The notes beneath the pieces were generated by a model that worked only from the letters and a program-made list of their open reading frames with translations, made no database searches and was not told the origin of the DNA. From the NCBI GenBank assembly GCA_034423575.1, contig DAOUIF010000036.1, positions 9,563 to 73,562 of the forward strand: DNA of 64,000 nt. Reading direction: 5' to 3'. A program made the position numbers and the translations under genes. Positions 16,574 through 25,971 of this stretch are shown in pieces. Source of the stretch: Dehalococcoidia bacterium (lineage in GTDB: Bacteria; Chloroflexota; Dehalococcoidia; Lucifugimonadales; UBA3495). Each line of letters opens with the position of its first letter. Positions within the stretch are counted from its first letter, which is position 1.

Positions 16574-17998
16574 TTACTCGAACTGGAACTCCGACGTGGA
16601 AGCGATGATCTGGAACATCTCGCCGGAGCGGCGGGTGAACTCAGCGCGCTCGCCGTCGGTGCCGTGGGTGAGGTTGCCACCACGGCCGGCGTGGGCGATC
16701 AATTGATCGCGGGTGTCCTCGGTGAGGTTCAGGCAGCCCACCAGGTCGGCGCAGGTGTCGACGAACTGCTCAGGGGACAGGGTGTCGCCCTGGGCCATTA
16801 GCTTGGAGATCATGCTCTGGACGCCGGGCAACTCAGTGCGGCCCAGGTAGTCCGCCGCGAAGTTGATCCGCTCCACCAGGGTGCCCGAGTCGATCCACTC
16901 GTGACCGGTGTGCCAGCCTTCAACCGTGGGCGGGTTCATGAGGTCCATGCCCATGTACTTGGGCTCCTGGCTCAGCTCGAACATGCCGGGCTTGATCTCG
17001 TCCCGGTGGTCGCCAACCATGCGCAGGGTGCCGGCCACCATCTCGGCCGGGTTCTTCACCTTGGCGTACCGGGCATTCTTGAAGGCGTCGGAGTTGAACA
17101 GCGTGCGCAGCATCTCGGTGATGTTGTAGCCGTTGTCGAAGTAGGTCTGCTCCAAGGCCGCCAGGAGGCTCTCGTCCTTGGGCGGGGTCTGCCGCCAACT
17201 GGGAACCGGAACCTCGTCGGCCACGAAGAAGTTGTACATGTGCCGGGAGATGAACCGGGCAGTAGCCTTCTGGTCCGCGATGATGTCGAGGATGTCGTCG
17301 CCGTTCCAGTTGCCGGTGCGGCCCAGGAACGTCTTCTCGGAGTCGTCATGGTCGGCGGGGTCGAAGCGGAACTCCCAGGGGCTGCGGCCGTAGGGGAACG
17401 GCGGGTACGGCGGGGCGATGTTCCAACCGGTGAACGCGCGGGCCGTGGCCTTCACGTCGTCCTCCGAATAGTTGAACTCTTCGTTCATTCCCACGCCCAT
17501 GGAGAACAGTTCCAGCAGTTCGCGGCCGTAGTTCTCGTTGATGTTCGTCTTGTGGCTCTCGCAGTTGTCCAGGTAGTAGACCATGCCCGGACTGGTGGAC
17601 AGATCCATTAGCAGTTCCCGGAAATTGCCCATGCCCTTGTCCCGGAACATCTGGATCATCCGGCCCATTTCTTCGCCGGAGTCGATCTTGGAGTGGCCAG
17701 CGCAGAAGATCATGTGCCAGAAGAGGGCCATCTTCTCCTTCAGCTGGTACTCGGTGTTGACCATGCGGTACACCCAGTTCTGGATGTTGATCTCGATGGC
17801 GCCCGCGTGGTTGTAGGTGGGATGGTAGCGCAGCATGATGTCGTCTTCGACGCCCGAGGTCGAACCTGGGTTCAGCAGCTCCTCCACCACGGTGTCATAG
17901 CCTCGCGCAGCGGCGGTTTCGATCTCGTCGCGGCTGGCGCCGAAGCCGGCCCGGCGGAGAAGGTGCGCCATCAGCGCGATGTCGTTGCTTCCTGCCAT
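16574..17998 (-). CDS. DUF1800 family protein
   Basis: ORF 16574..18079; ATG 17998 follows AAGGAGGAA. The N-terminus MAGSNDIALMAHLLRRAGFGASRDEIE is the typical DUF1800 opening. Confidence 0.75.
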   Translation of the reverse strand: MAGSNDIALMAHLLRRAGFGASRDEIETAAARGYDTVVEELLNPGSTSGVEDDIMLRYHPTYNHAGAIEINIQNWVYRMVNTEYQLKEKMALFWHMIFCAGHSKIDSGEEMGRMIQMFRDKGMGNFRELLMDLSTSPGMVYYLDNCESHKTNINENYGRELLELFSMGVGMNEEFNYSEDDVKATARAFTGWNIAPPYPPFPYGRSPWEFRFDPADHDDSEKTFLGRTGNWNGDDILDIIADQKATARFISRHMYNFFVADEVPVPSWRQTPPKDESLLAALEQTYFDNGYNITEMLRTLFNSDAFKNARYAKVKNPAEMVAGTLRMVGDHRDEIKPGMFELSQEPKYMGMDLMNPPTVEGWHTGHEWIDSGTLVERINFAADYLGRTELPGVQSMISKLMAQGDTLSPEQFVDTCADLVGCLNLTEDTRDQLIAHAGRGGNLTHGTDGERAEFTRRSGEMFQIIASTSEFQFE

Positions 17999-18137
17999 TG
18001 GTTCCTCCTTTTTTGCCTTGGGGACAGGGCCCCGATTGACCGATTCCTTGTGCTGAAAATATAACGCAATAACCGTCATTCTCGCAATCGCAAACAGCCA
18101 TCAACTGTTCGAGTTGCCGAACGATTATCAGATTAGA

Positions 18138-18166
18138 ATCGTATCGCCGGAAGGGTGGGTTGTCAA
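18138..18166 (-). promoter_or_regulatory. Candidate sigma70-type promoter for the DUF1800-DUF1501(-NHL) genes
   Basis: Minus strand reads TTGACA (18166-18161), a 17-nt spacer, then TACGAT (18143-18138), about 135 nt upstream of the DUF1800 ATG. Confidence 0.45.
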
Positions 18167-18259
18167 TAAGTTTACGCTCGCACGACTGGCCCTATCCTGC
18201 CCGCCATCCGATGGTTCGCGGCCTGTAGATCTACGCGAACCAGCAACTCTTCCCCCGGC

Positions 18260-18976
18260 CTAACCGAGGCGAAACCGCTTGAAAACCTCTACATACTCCG
18301 CGCCGATCCGGGGCCCATCCCGGCGTCGCCATTCGCGCAGGTACTGATCGGCCGCTTCGAGACTGACCTGGCTGCGGTGCGCGCGCAGTGCCTCCACCGC
18401 AGTCTCCATGTGGTCGGTGACGTCGACGAAGTGATCGGGGTGGGTCCGGCCCATCACCCAAACCTCCCTGACCTTGTGGGGCTCTAGGCCCTCTTCCGTG
18501 AGCAGGTCGGGGAACGTGAGCGGATCGCGAGCCGAAGGGTATACCGCTCCCATGGCAGCGTCGCCGGAGGCGAAATGGTCCGGATGATCGATGTATCCGT
18601 CCCCGTCGAGGTTGCGGACGGGATTCATGCACACCAGCACGTCGGGACGATGCCGGCGGATCTCGCGAGTTATGGCTTTGCGCAGTTCCAGGTTGGATTG
18701 CAGGTATGCGTCCGGGAAACCCAGGAACACCACCTCGGCAAGGCCCAGCACGCGGCCGGCCTCTTCCTGCTCTCCCCGTCGCGACTTGATGACCTCTTCG
18801 GGCGCAATGTTCGGGTCAGAGGTGCCCTTGCTGCCGTCGGTGCAGATCACGTACACCACATGCTTGCCTTCGGCGCACCATCGGGCCACCGTTCCGGCGC
18901 AGCCCCATTCGGCGTCGTCGGCATGGGCGACCACCACCATCGCGCGCTTGATGTCTTCGTTGTTGCTCTCTGTCAA
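18260..18976 (-). CDS. PIG-L/LmbE family N-acetylglucosaminyl deacetylase
   Basis: AMVVVAHADDAEWGCAGTVARW (the AHxDDxxxG motif), DHPDH, and a C-terminal region typical of LmbE-like proteins. TTG start at 18976. Confidence 0.75.
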   Translation of the reverse strand: MTESNNEDIKRAMVVVAHADDAEWGCAGTVARWCAEGKHVVYVICTDGSKGTSDPNIAPEEVIKSRRGEQEEAGRVLGLAEVVFLGFPDAYLQSNLELRKAITREIRRHRPDVLVCMNPVRNLDGDGYIDHPDHFASGDAAMGAVYPSARDPLTFPDLLTEEGLEPHKVREVWVMGRTHPDHFVDVTDHMETAVEALRAHRSQVSLEAADQYLREWRRRDGPRIGAEYVEVFKRFRLG

Positions 18977-19024
18977 ATTCCCACCACCTACGGACGTGCG
19001 AACGCTCTCCGGTCCTGACCAAAG

Positions 19025-20329
19025 TCAAGATTGGGCGGGCGACACCGCCGGTCCGGCTGCCCCCCGGCCACGGGGCCGGCTCATCGTGTGGAGCGTGAAA
19101 CCCAGAACGGCCCCTACGAGGGCCATCCCCGACGCCATCGCGAACGACCATCGGAGGGTGCCGGTGGCATCTGCGATCGGTCCCGATATCGCCGGAGAAA
19201 TTGTACTCCCGATTCCGGCGCCCATGCCCATCAATCCAAAAGCGGCGGGGGCCATGTAAACGGGCACGAAGTCCCCGGCCGCAGCCGCGCAAATCGTATA
19301 GGTGGATCGCAACGCGAATCCCGCCAGCACCGACGCAATGATGAAAAACACCAGTTCAGGAGCCAACCAGAAGAGGGCATGACACGCCACCTCGATCAGG
19401 AACGTGGCGCCGAAGGCCATCCCCCGCCCCAATCTGTCGGACAACGCGCCCGACGCGACTCCGCTGCCGATGCTGAGGACTCCGATGAGAGTGAACAGCG
19501 CTCCGACCACCGTCACCTCGATGCCCTGTTCAACCTCCAGATACGCCCCGTAGCTGGCCGTGAGTATGCCGTGAATGAAACCGGAGCAGAAGGCCATCCC
19601 CGTAATCAGCCAGACGTAAGGGTTGGTATAGACCTGCATCGGCCAACCAGCAGGGCCGCTCCGCCCGGCCGTGCGCCCCGTGGTCTCACCCGTCGGTGCA
19701 CCTGACGGAGACGGTGTGACTGCTGGCGGCGCCTCACGAATGAAACCGGCGCACGCCAGGCCGATGAGGACGCTCGTGGCGGCCAGCACATACCAGGTGT
19801 ATCGCCAGGTCTCGTCCCCGAACAAACCTGTAAGCGGCGGGACGATCACGCCCGTGAAGATTATCGCCAGGCTGCCGCCGGACGCGGCGATGCCGGCGGC
19901 CACCCCGCGGTCGGTGGCCCGGAACCACGGCGCGAGCATCCCCATCATGGGCGTCAGCGCCGCTCCCGACGACACACCCACTGCAATCATGGCGGCGAGG
20001 GCTACCCAATAGCCGGGCGACCAGCCCAGCAAGGCCATCGCCGCAGCTTGCACAAAGATGCTGGTTATGATCATCCATCGCCCGCCGTAACGCGAGGCCG
20101 CCGCTCCGGACAGCAATCCGGACACTACGCGTGAAATCGACATGGCCACCACCAGCACGAAGACGGTGGTGTATGACAACTCGAAGGTGCTCTTCATCCC
20201 CGGGATGGTGAGCGCAAGAACATACAGGGAAAAGCTGGTGATCAGGTTGACCGCCAGCGACACAGCCAATATGACTGCCGCATAGGTGCGCACCCATCGG
20301 GGAACGAGCGCGGCGGGAAATAATGCCAT
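19025..20329 (-). CDS. MFS transporter
   Basis: 434 aa with about 12 hydrophobic segments and an MFS-like loop SRVVSGLLSGAAASRYGGR. Confidence 0.8.
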   Translation of the reverse strand: MALFPAALVPRWVRTYAAVILAVSLAVNLITSFSLYVLALTIPGMKSTFELSYTTVFVLVVAMSISRVVSGLLSGAAASRYGGRWMIITSIFVQAAAMALLGWSPGYWVALAAMIAVGVSSGAALTPMMGMLAPWFRATDRGVAAGIAASGGSLAIIFTGVIVPPLTGLFGDETWRYTWYVLAATSVLIGLACAGFIREAPPAVTPSPSGAPTGETTGRTAGRSGPAGWPMQVYTNPYVWLITGMAFCSGFIHGILTASYGAYLEVEQGIEVTVVGALFTLIGVLSIGSGVASGALSDRLGRGMAFGATFLIEVACHALFWLAPELVFFIIASVLAGFALRSTYTICAAAAGDFVPVYMAPAAFGLMGMGAGIGSTISPAISGPIADATGTLRWSFAMASGMALVGAVLGFTLHTMSRPRGRGAAGPAVSPAQS

Positions 20330-20427
20330 TGGGGGCCGAAACGGTCAGGTAAGCAATTGTTGGAACCGGGAACGCGGGTGCGCCTATCCTAGCACAGGGC
20401 TCGCCGGCGCCCGGCTCCGGGCCTGCC

Positions 20428-20436
20428 TGATAGAAT
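20428..20436 (+). promoter_or_regulatory. Candidate extended -10 promoter (TGATAGAAT)
   Basis: cctGaTAGAATgaatg read directly, about 50 nt upstream of ATG 20485. Confidence 0.3.
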
Positions 20437-20484
20437 GAATGTCGTCGCGCCGGCGCCCAACTGCTGCGCCTCTTCGTTGCATCA

Positions 20485-21030
20485 ATGAACCGCAGAACGG
20501 AAGAATCCGAGCAGCCCGAAACGGTGAATGAGGGAGGGGGAAACCCGGCTAACACCCCTCTGCCGCCTCCACCGCCAGTACCCCCCGAGGCGTTGAAACC
20601 CTGGTACTACCAAAGTTGGTTCCTGGTTCCCGCCTTCGTCTGGTGGCCCTGCAGCGCGATACTGTTCATCCGGTCGCCGTGGCACAACGGCATCGTCAGC
20701 GGCGCGCTGTCCTGGGCGTGGATAATCGTGGGTGGCGGGTTCATCTTCCTGCGGATGCAATACCACTGGCGGAACGGCGAGCCGGCCATTGTGGATCCTA
20801 CGCTGTGGGCCCTGGCGGCGCCGGGCGTCGTCCTCACCGTGGTCACTCAGTCTTTGTGGCTAGCTAGAGACCGCCCGCGGATCCGGCGCATCCGGGACGC
20901 CGGCGGATTTTCGGCTTACGGCGACGGAGAAACCGAACCACCGGCCCAGCCTGTGGCCCCGCAGGCTCCCCAAGAGAGACGACGCCGAGCCAATCGCGGA
21001 AGCGTCCGCAGCCGCAGACGCCGGCATTAG
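20485..21030 (+). CDS. Hypothetical membrane protein with Pro-rich N-terminus and Arg-rich C-terminus
   Basis: PLPPPPPVPPEALKPWYYQSWFLVPAFVWWP, three hydrophobic segments, and a C-terminal RRRRANRGSVRSRRRRH. Confidence 0.5.
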   Translation: MNRRTEESEQPETVNEGGGNPANTPLPPPPPVPPEALKPWYYQSWFLVPAFVWWPCSAILFIRSPWHNGIVSGALSWAWIIVGGGFIFLRMQYHWRNGEPAIVDPTLWALAAPGVVLTVVTQSLWLARDRPRIRRIRDAGGFSAYGDGETEPPAQPVAPQAPQERRRRANRGSVRSRRRRH

Positions 21031-21048
21031 ACCTTCACGGGCCGGAGA

Positions 21049-21927
21049 TCAGGCTGCGGGGGCACCCACTGGCAGCCCGTCCACCAACCCCCGGACCATC
21101 TCCACGCGCTCGTCCGTCGTTGAAAACGCCATGCCCATCGGGGTGATGCCGATATAGTTGGCCTTGCTGGCGTCGATGTCGCTGCCCTCACCACCGGCAA
21201 GAACCGGACGGTTGCGGGATATCCAATAGCGCCGATGACCGAAGGACTCCTCGGAGCGCACCGATTCTCCGTAGGCTCGCCCCCCCAACCGCGTCACTTT
21301 CACCCCAGCGATTTTGTCGGCAGGCTCGTTGGGAACGTTGACGTTGAGGAAATAGGCGGGTGAGACCTCGGGGGCGTCATCCAGCCGGCGCGCGAGATGC
21401 GCCACCACCTGCGCGGCGAGCTGGTACCGGGGAGCTTGCACCGAACCCACGGATATTGCGATGGTCGGATAGCCCCTAACCCAGCCCTGGGTCGCGGCCC
21501 CGACCGTCCCGGACACAATCACATCCCAGCCCAGGTTGGACCCGCGGTTTATGCCACTCACCACCAGATCTGGTTTGGGCGTGACGAGTTGTTCAAGAGC
21601 CAGTATGCAAGCGTCGGCAGGCGTGCCCTGCACCGCCCAGGCGGTGATGGGATGGGCTGGCTCCACCCGAACATCGGATGCCGGGATGTATACGGCGTCG
21701 GCGCTGCGCGGTGGCGTGTCGTCGCCGGGAGCAAACTGGGCCAGGTACTGCTCGGCCGGAACCTGGTGCACGAACAGGGGCGAGTGAAGCGTCATGGATG
21801 CGCCGACTCCGGATTGTTCGCGGTCGGGCGCGACCACCGCAACCTCTCCGACCTCGGCCAGACTGCGGGCGGCGGCCCAGAGGCCGGTGGCGTGAATGCC
21901 GTCGTCATTGGTAAGCAGGATTTTCAA
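21049..21927 (-). CDS. surE: 5'/3'-nucleotidase SurE
   Basis: LKILLTNDDGIHATGLWAAARSL..VVAPDREQSGVG..SGINRGSNLG. The TTG at 21927 gives the canonical (M)KILLTNDDG start; the ORF is open to 21993. Confidence 0.85.
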   Translation of the reverse strand: MKILLTNDDGIHATGLWAAARSLAEVGEVAVVAPDREQSGVGASMTLHSPLFVHQVPAEQYLAQFAPGDDTPPRSADAVYIPASDVRVEPAHPITAWAVQGTPADACILALEQLVTPKPDLVVSGINRGSNLGWDVIVSGTVGAATQGWVRGYPTIAISVGSVQAPRYQLAAQVVAHLARRLDDAPEVSPAYFLNVNVPNEPADKIAGVKVTRLGGRAYGESVRSEESFGHRRYWISRNRPVLAGGEGSDIDASKANYIGITPMGMAFSTTDERVEMVRGLVDGLPVGAPAA

Positions 21928-22043
21928 TGGAAAGCCTCGATGCGGGAGGGTAGGAACGCGATGCGCGCGAATGGGCGCAAGACAGAATAACATTGGCCGC
22001 CGTGATTACGGCGGCCAATGCAGTCAAGCATGTGTTCAGAAGA

Positions 22044-22916
22044 TCAGTGGTGCGCCAGACCAATGGCGTGGAGCAGGGCGTGCTTCACCTCCACGGGAGC
22101 CACGCCGGAGCGAAATTCAGCGGAAGCGAACACGTCACCGATAATGTCCACGCCGGAGAGGTCCTCACCAAGGCGGGCCGTCGCATCGCCTATGCTGGCC
22201 ATGGTCAGCGTGGTGCCGGACAAAGCCTGTTCCACCGCTGCCGCCTTGACGGGGCGAGGGGTCAATCCCCCCACCGCAACGGAAGCGGCAGTGCAACGAT
22301 CACCGTCCATTGTGACCACCACCGCGCCGCCGACCACCGCGTAGAAACTGGCCGGGTGGGCCATCTTCGCGTACTCGGCACGTTGATTGGCAGCCAGGAC
22401 GGGCACGCTCACCGTAGTGATGAGCTCGTCTTCGGCCAATACCGTTGTGAAGGCGTCCTCCACAAGATCGGCCGCCGCTATGGTACGGCTGCCCGAAGGT
22501 CCCTGCGCCGAGACGGTTGCCCCCAACGCCGTAAGCACCGTGGCCCAGTCCGAGGCCGGGTCCGCGTGGGCCAGATTGCCGCCGATGGTTCCGCGATTGC
22601 GAACCGCCGGATCTCCGATGCCCCCGGCCGCCTCGGCGAGCAGGCCGTTGGCTCGCTGAACGTCGGCCGACGCGGCGATCTCAGCATGGGTGGTCAGCGC
22701 GCCGATGTTAATCGTGTCCCCGCTGACCGTGATACCCCGCAGGTTGGCGATGCCACCAATGTCGATGACCACCTCCGGCCGTGCCAGCCGGAACCGCATC
22801 AGCGGGATGAGGCTGTGGCCACCGGCCAGCAGTTTCGCTCCCGGGTTGTCGGAAAGCAGTTGAACCGCTTCTGCGATGGAACCGGCCTTCCGGTATTCAA
22901 AATCTGCTGCAAACAT
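22044..22916 (-). CDS. coxM: Molybdoenzyme FAD-binding medium subunit (CoxM/XdhB-like)
   Basis: MFAADFEYRKAGSIAEAVQLLSDNPGAKLLAGGHSLIPLMRFRLARPEVVIDIGGI; AGGAGG SD upstream. Confidence 0.85.
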   Translation of the reverse strand: MFAADFEYRKAGSIAEAVQLLSDNPGAKLLAGGHSLIPLMRFRLARPEVVIDIGGIANLRGITVSGDTINIGALTTHAEIAASADVQRANGLLAEAAGGIGDPAVRNRGTIGGNLAHADPASDWATVLTALGATVSAQGPSGSRTIAAADLVEDAFTTVLAEDELITTVSVPVLAANQRAEYAKMAHPASFYAVVGGAVVVTMDGDRCTAASVAVGGLTPRPVKAAAVEQALSGTTLTMASIGDATARLGEDLSGVDIIGDVFASAEFRSGVAPVEVKHALLHAIGLAHH

Positions 22917-22945
22917 TGCAATCAGTCCTCCTGTGCCGGCGCCGG

Positions 22946-25351
22946 TCAGTGATTGTGCCCATGACCATGGTCGTGACCGTGATCATGGCCGTGCCCGTTA
23001 CCCGTATAGCCGCTGGCCTGAATGGCCCGCCACACGCGCTCAGGGGTCAACGGCATGTCGAGGGACGAGATGCCCAGCGGCTTCAGCGCATCCATCACCG
23101 CGCTGTAGATGGCGGCGGTCGATGCGATGGTCCCGGTCTCGCCGATGCCCTTTACCCCCAGGGGGTTGTGGGGCGACGGGGTCACGGTGGAATGGACCTC
23201 GATGTCCGGCACCAGGTGGGCGCGCGGGATAGCGTAGTCCATCATCGTGCCGGTGAGCAGTTGTCCGTTGTCATCGTAGACCGCGCCTTCCCACAGGGCC
23301 TGACCGGCCCCCTGCACCACGCCACCATGCACCTGGCCCTCCACGATCAGAGGGTTGATCTGCGGGCCGCAGTCGTCGACGGCTACGTACCGATCGAGCG
23401 TGATGTGGCCATTGTCCGGGTCCACGCTGACGATGGCCGCATGGGCGCCGAAGGGGTAGCTGAAGTTCTGCGGGTCGTAGTAGGTGCTTGCTTCGAGGCC
23501 CGGTTCGAGGCCCTCAGGCAGGTTCCAAGCCACGTTGGCCTGCAGGGCAACATCCTGGATGCTCTGGGAACGATCGCGGGCTCCGCGCACGAAGAACTGG
23601 CCGTCCTCGTACTCGATGTCCGCCTCATCTGCCTCCAGCAGGTGTGCGGCGATGACCCGCGCCTTGTCACGCAGCTTGCGCATGGTCAAAGCGACCGCGG
23701 CGCCGCCAACCACAGTCGTGCGGCTACCATAAGTGCCCCAGCCCATGGGCGTAGTGTCGGTGTCGCCGTGAACCACTTCCACGTCGTCTACATCGACCCC
23801 GATTTCGTCCGCGACGATTTGGGCGAAGGTGGTCTCCTCACCCTGGCCGTGAGGCGAGGTGCCAATGAAGACGTTCACCTTCCCGGTGGCGTAGATGCGC
23901 ACGGTGGCGCTTTCCCACAGGCCGCCACCGAAACCAACGGCTCCGGCCACCTGGGACGGGCCCAGTCCGCAGATCTCGCAGTAGCAAGCGATGCCCACGC
24001 CGCGGAAGGTTCCATGCTCGCGCTCGTGCTCTTGGTCGTGGCGGAACTGGTCGTATCCAACGTGGCCGAGGAGTTGGTCCAGCGCGCCGGAATAGTTTCC
24101 GCTGTCGTAGGTGATGCCGATGGCCACGTCGCGGTTATTGTCGAAAGGCTCGATCAGGTTGCGGCGGCGAACTTCCACGGAATCGATCCCGACGGCGTCG
24201 CCAACCTTGTCCATCAGGCGTTCCAGCAAGAACGTGGCCTCGGGGCGACCGGCGCCGCGGTAGGCTTCGACGGGCGTGGAGTTGGTGAACACACCGTACA
24301 CGTCGGCCTTGATGTTGGCGATGTCGTAAGGCCCCGAATACATCAGGCCGTGCAGGATGGTCGGAATGCCCGGCGCTGCCGTGGAAAGGTAGGCCCCCAT
24401 GCCGGCGTACACCACGCTGCGGACTCCCGTCACCTTGCCGTTGGCGTCAGCCGCCATCTCCACGTATTCCACGTGGTCGCGACCGTGGGTGGTGGCCACG
24501 TAGTTCTCGGTGCGGGTCTCGGTCCACTTCACCGGAACGCCCAACTGCATGGAGCAGAAGGCCGTGATCATTTCCCAGGGGTAGACCGCGATCTTCGCGC
24601 CGAAACCCCCGCCGACCTCGGGAGCGATCACGCGGATCTTGTGCTCGGCGACGCCGGTGACCAGGCAAGTCACGAACCGTGCGATGTGCGGGTTCTGGGT
24701 GGTGTTCCAAAGCGTGAGCTCGCCCATGGCTGATGACCAGGACGCGATGGCGGCCCGGGTCTCCATGGGAGTGGGTATTAGCTTCTGCTGATTGATGGTC
24801 TCGCTGACCGTCACCGCTGCGCCCGCAAAAGCGGCGTCGGTGTCGCCGCCCGCCGCGACCCAGTGGAAGGCCTGGTTGTTGGGCGCGTCCTCGTGGAGTT
24901 GCGGGGCGCCGTCGGCCAGGGCAGCCTCCGGATTGATGATGGAAGGCAGCGGTTCGTATCCAACGTCGATCAGTTCCAGGGCATCCTCAGCCTGGTAGCG
25001 ATTCTCGGCCACGACCACGGCCACGGCGTCACCTACGTACCGCACGACATCCGACGCGATGGCAGGATAAGCCACCGCCTTCAGGTCGGAATCGGGAATA
25101 GCCCAGGCGCATGGAATGGGGTTCAGGACGCCCTCGATATCAACGCCGGTGTAAACGGCGAGCACGCCGGCAGACGCCTTGGCTGCGTCCGTGTTGATGC
25201 TGGTGATACGGGCGTGAGCGTGGGGACTCCGCAGGATGGCGGCGTGGACCATGCCCGCCAGCTTGATGTCGTCGGTGTAGGCGGCCTGCCCGGTGATCAG
25301 CCGAGGGTCCTCGCGCCGCCGGATGCCGGATCCGAAAATGCGGGTAGTCAT
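22946..25351 (-). CDS. coxL: Aldehyde oxidase/xanthine dehydrogenase family Mo-binding large subunit, form II CoxL-like (AYRGAGR motif), with a His-rich C-terminal tail
   Basis: IRRREDPRLITGQAAYTDD; active-site loop PVEAYRGAGRPEATF, not the VAYRCSFR motif of form I CODH; C-terminus GYTGNGHGHDHGHDHGHGHNH. Confidence 0.85.
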   Translation of the reverse strand: MTTRIFGSGIRRREDPRLITGQAAYTDDIKLAGMVHAAILRSPHAHARITSINTDAAKASAGVLAVYTGVDIEGVLNPIPCAWAIPDSDLKAVAYPAIASDVVRYVGDAVAVVVAENRYQAEDALELIDVGYEPLPSIINPEAALADGAPQLHEDAPNNQAFHWVAAGGDTDAAFAGAAVTVSETINQQKLIPTPMETRAAIASWSSAMGELTLWNTTQNPHIARFVTCLVTGVAEHKIRVIAPEVGGGFGAKIAVYPWEMITAFCSMQLGVPVKWTETRTENYVATTHGRDHVEYVEMAADANGKVTGVRSVVYAGMGAYLSTAAPGIPTILHGLMYSGPYDIANIKADVYGVFTNSTPVEAYRGAGRPEATFLLERLMDKVGDAVGIDSVEVRRRNLIEPFDNNRDVAIGITYDSGNYSGALDQLLGHVGYDQFRHDQEHEREHGTFRGVGIACYCEICGLGPSQVAGAVGFGGGLWESATVRIYATGKVNVFIGTSPHGQGEETTFAQIVADEIGVDVDDVEVVHGDTDTTPMGWGTYGSRTTVVGGAAVALTMRKLRDKARVIAAHLLEADEADIEYEDGQFFVRGARDRSQSIQDVALQANVAWNLPEGLEPGLEASTYYDPQNFSYPFGAHAAIVSVDPDNGHITLDRYVAVDDCGPQINPLIVEGQVHGGVVQGAGQALWEGAVYDDNGQLLTGTMMDYAIPRAHLVPDIEVHSTVTPSPHNPLGVKGIGETGTIASTAAIYSAVMDALKPLGISSLDMPLTPERVWRAIQASGYTGNGHGHDHGHDHGHGHNH

Positions 25352-25354
25352 GGC

Positions 25355-25834
25355 TCAGCCTCCTTGTCCGGCAGCGGCGGCAGCCAGAGCGGCCCTGACG
25401 ATGTTGTTGTAGCCGGTACAGCGGCACATGTTCCCTTCCAGGCCGGCCCTTACTTCCTCGGCCGACGGGTTGGGATTGCGCTCAATGATCTCGGTGACCG
25501 TCATGATCATGCCGGCAGTGCAGTATCCACACTGGAGGCCGTGGTTGTTCCAGAAGGCTTCCTGAACGGCAGTCAGGTTTCCGCCGTCAGCCAGGCCCTC
25601 GATGGTAGTCACATTGGCGCCATCAGCCTGCGCGGCAAAAGCGGTGCAGGATTTGACGGTGACTCCGTTCATGCGAACCACGCAGGCCCCGCACTGGCTC
25701 GTGTCGCAACCAATCTTGGTGCCGGTCAGGTTCAGGGTTTCGCGAAGGAAGTGCACGAGCAGGGTGCGTGGTTCCACTTCAGCGGAATGCGAGCGGCCAT
25801 TCACGGTGACCGTGATGGGTACTTTATTCGGCAA
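25355..25834 (-). CDS. coxS: Molybdoenzyme 2Fe-2S small subunit (CoxS-like)
   Basis: [67 protein letters not shown] start at 25834 follows GGAGG. Confidence 0.9.
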   Translation of the reverse strand: MPNKVPITVTVNGRSHSAEVEPRTLLVHFLRETLNLTGTKIGCDTSQCGACVVRMNGVTVKSCTAFAAQADGANVTTIEGLADGGNLTAVQEAFWNNHGLQCGYCTAGMIMTVTEIIERNPNPSAEEVRAGLEGNMCRCTGYNNIVRAALAAAAAGQGG

Positions 25835-25941
25835 AATACACCTCCTCTGTCAGGAACGACCGCCATGCCAGCGGCGGCAAGGGTGAGGTAGTGAGCCAAA
25901 CTGATCGACAGCAAGCAGCGGCGCCGATTCGTTCGTGCGGC

Positions 25942-25971
25942 AGTATAGACGGCGCGCCGGCGGACGGTCAA
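25942..25971 (-). promoter_or_regulatory. Candidate sigma70-type promoter of coxSLM
   Basis: Minus strand reads TTGACC (25971-25966), an 18-nt spacer, then TATACT (25947-25942), about 100 nt upstream of the coxS start. Confidence 0.45.

Noticed and set aside
18205-18258. Hairpin GGTTCGCG...CGCGAACC downstream of the PIG-L gene (about 18213-18241, located by eye) as a terminator
   Set aside because: It has an 8-bp stem but a 13-nt loop and no U-tract in either orientation. That is too weak to call.
22916-24733. 605-aa plus-strand ORF opposite coxL. Similar long antisense ORFs occur at 9821..10792, 34370..35863, 38760..40373, 40743..42773, 48510..50336, 51475..52380, 53586..54560, 54724..56295, 59877..60686, 61551..62456 and 62901..63941
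   Set aside because: These are typical high-GC shadow ORFs. They are Arg/Gly/His/Val-rich and low in complexity, with no recognisable domains. Each lies opposite a gene with clear family signatures.
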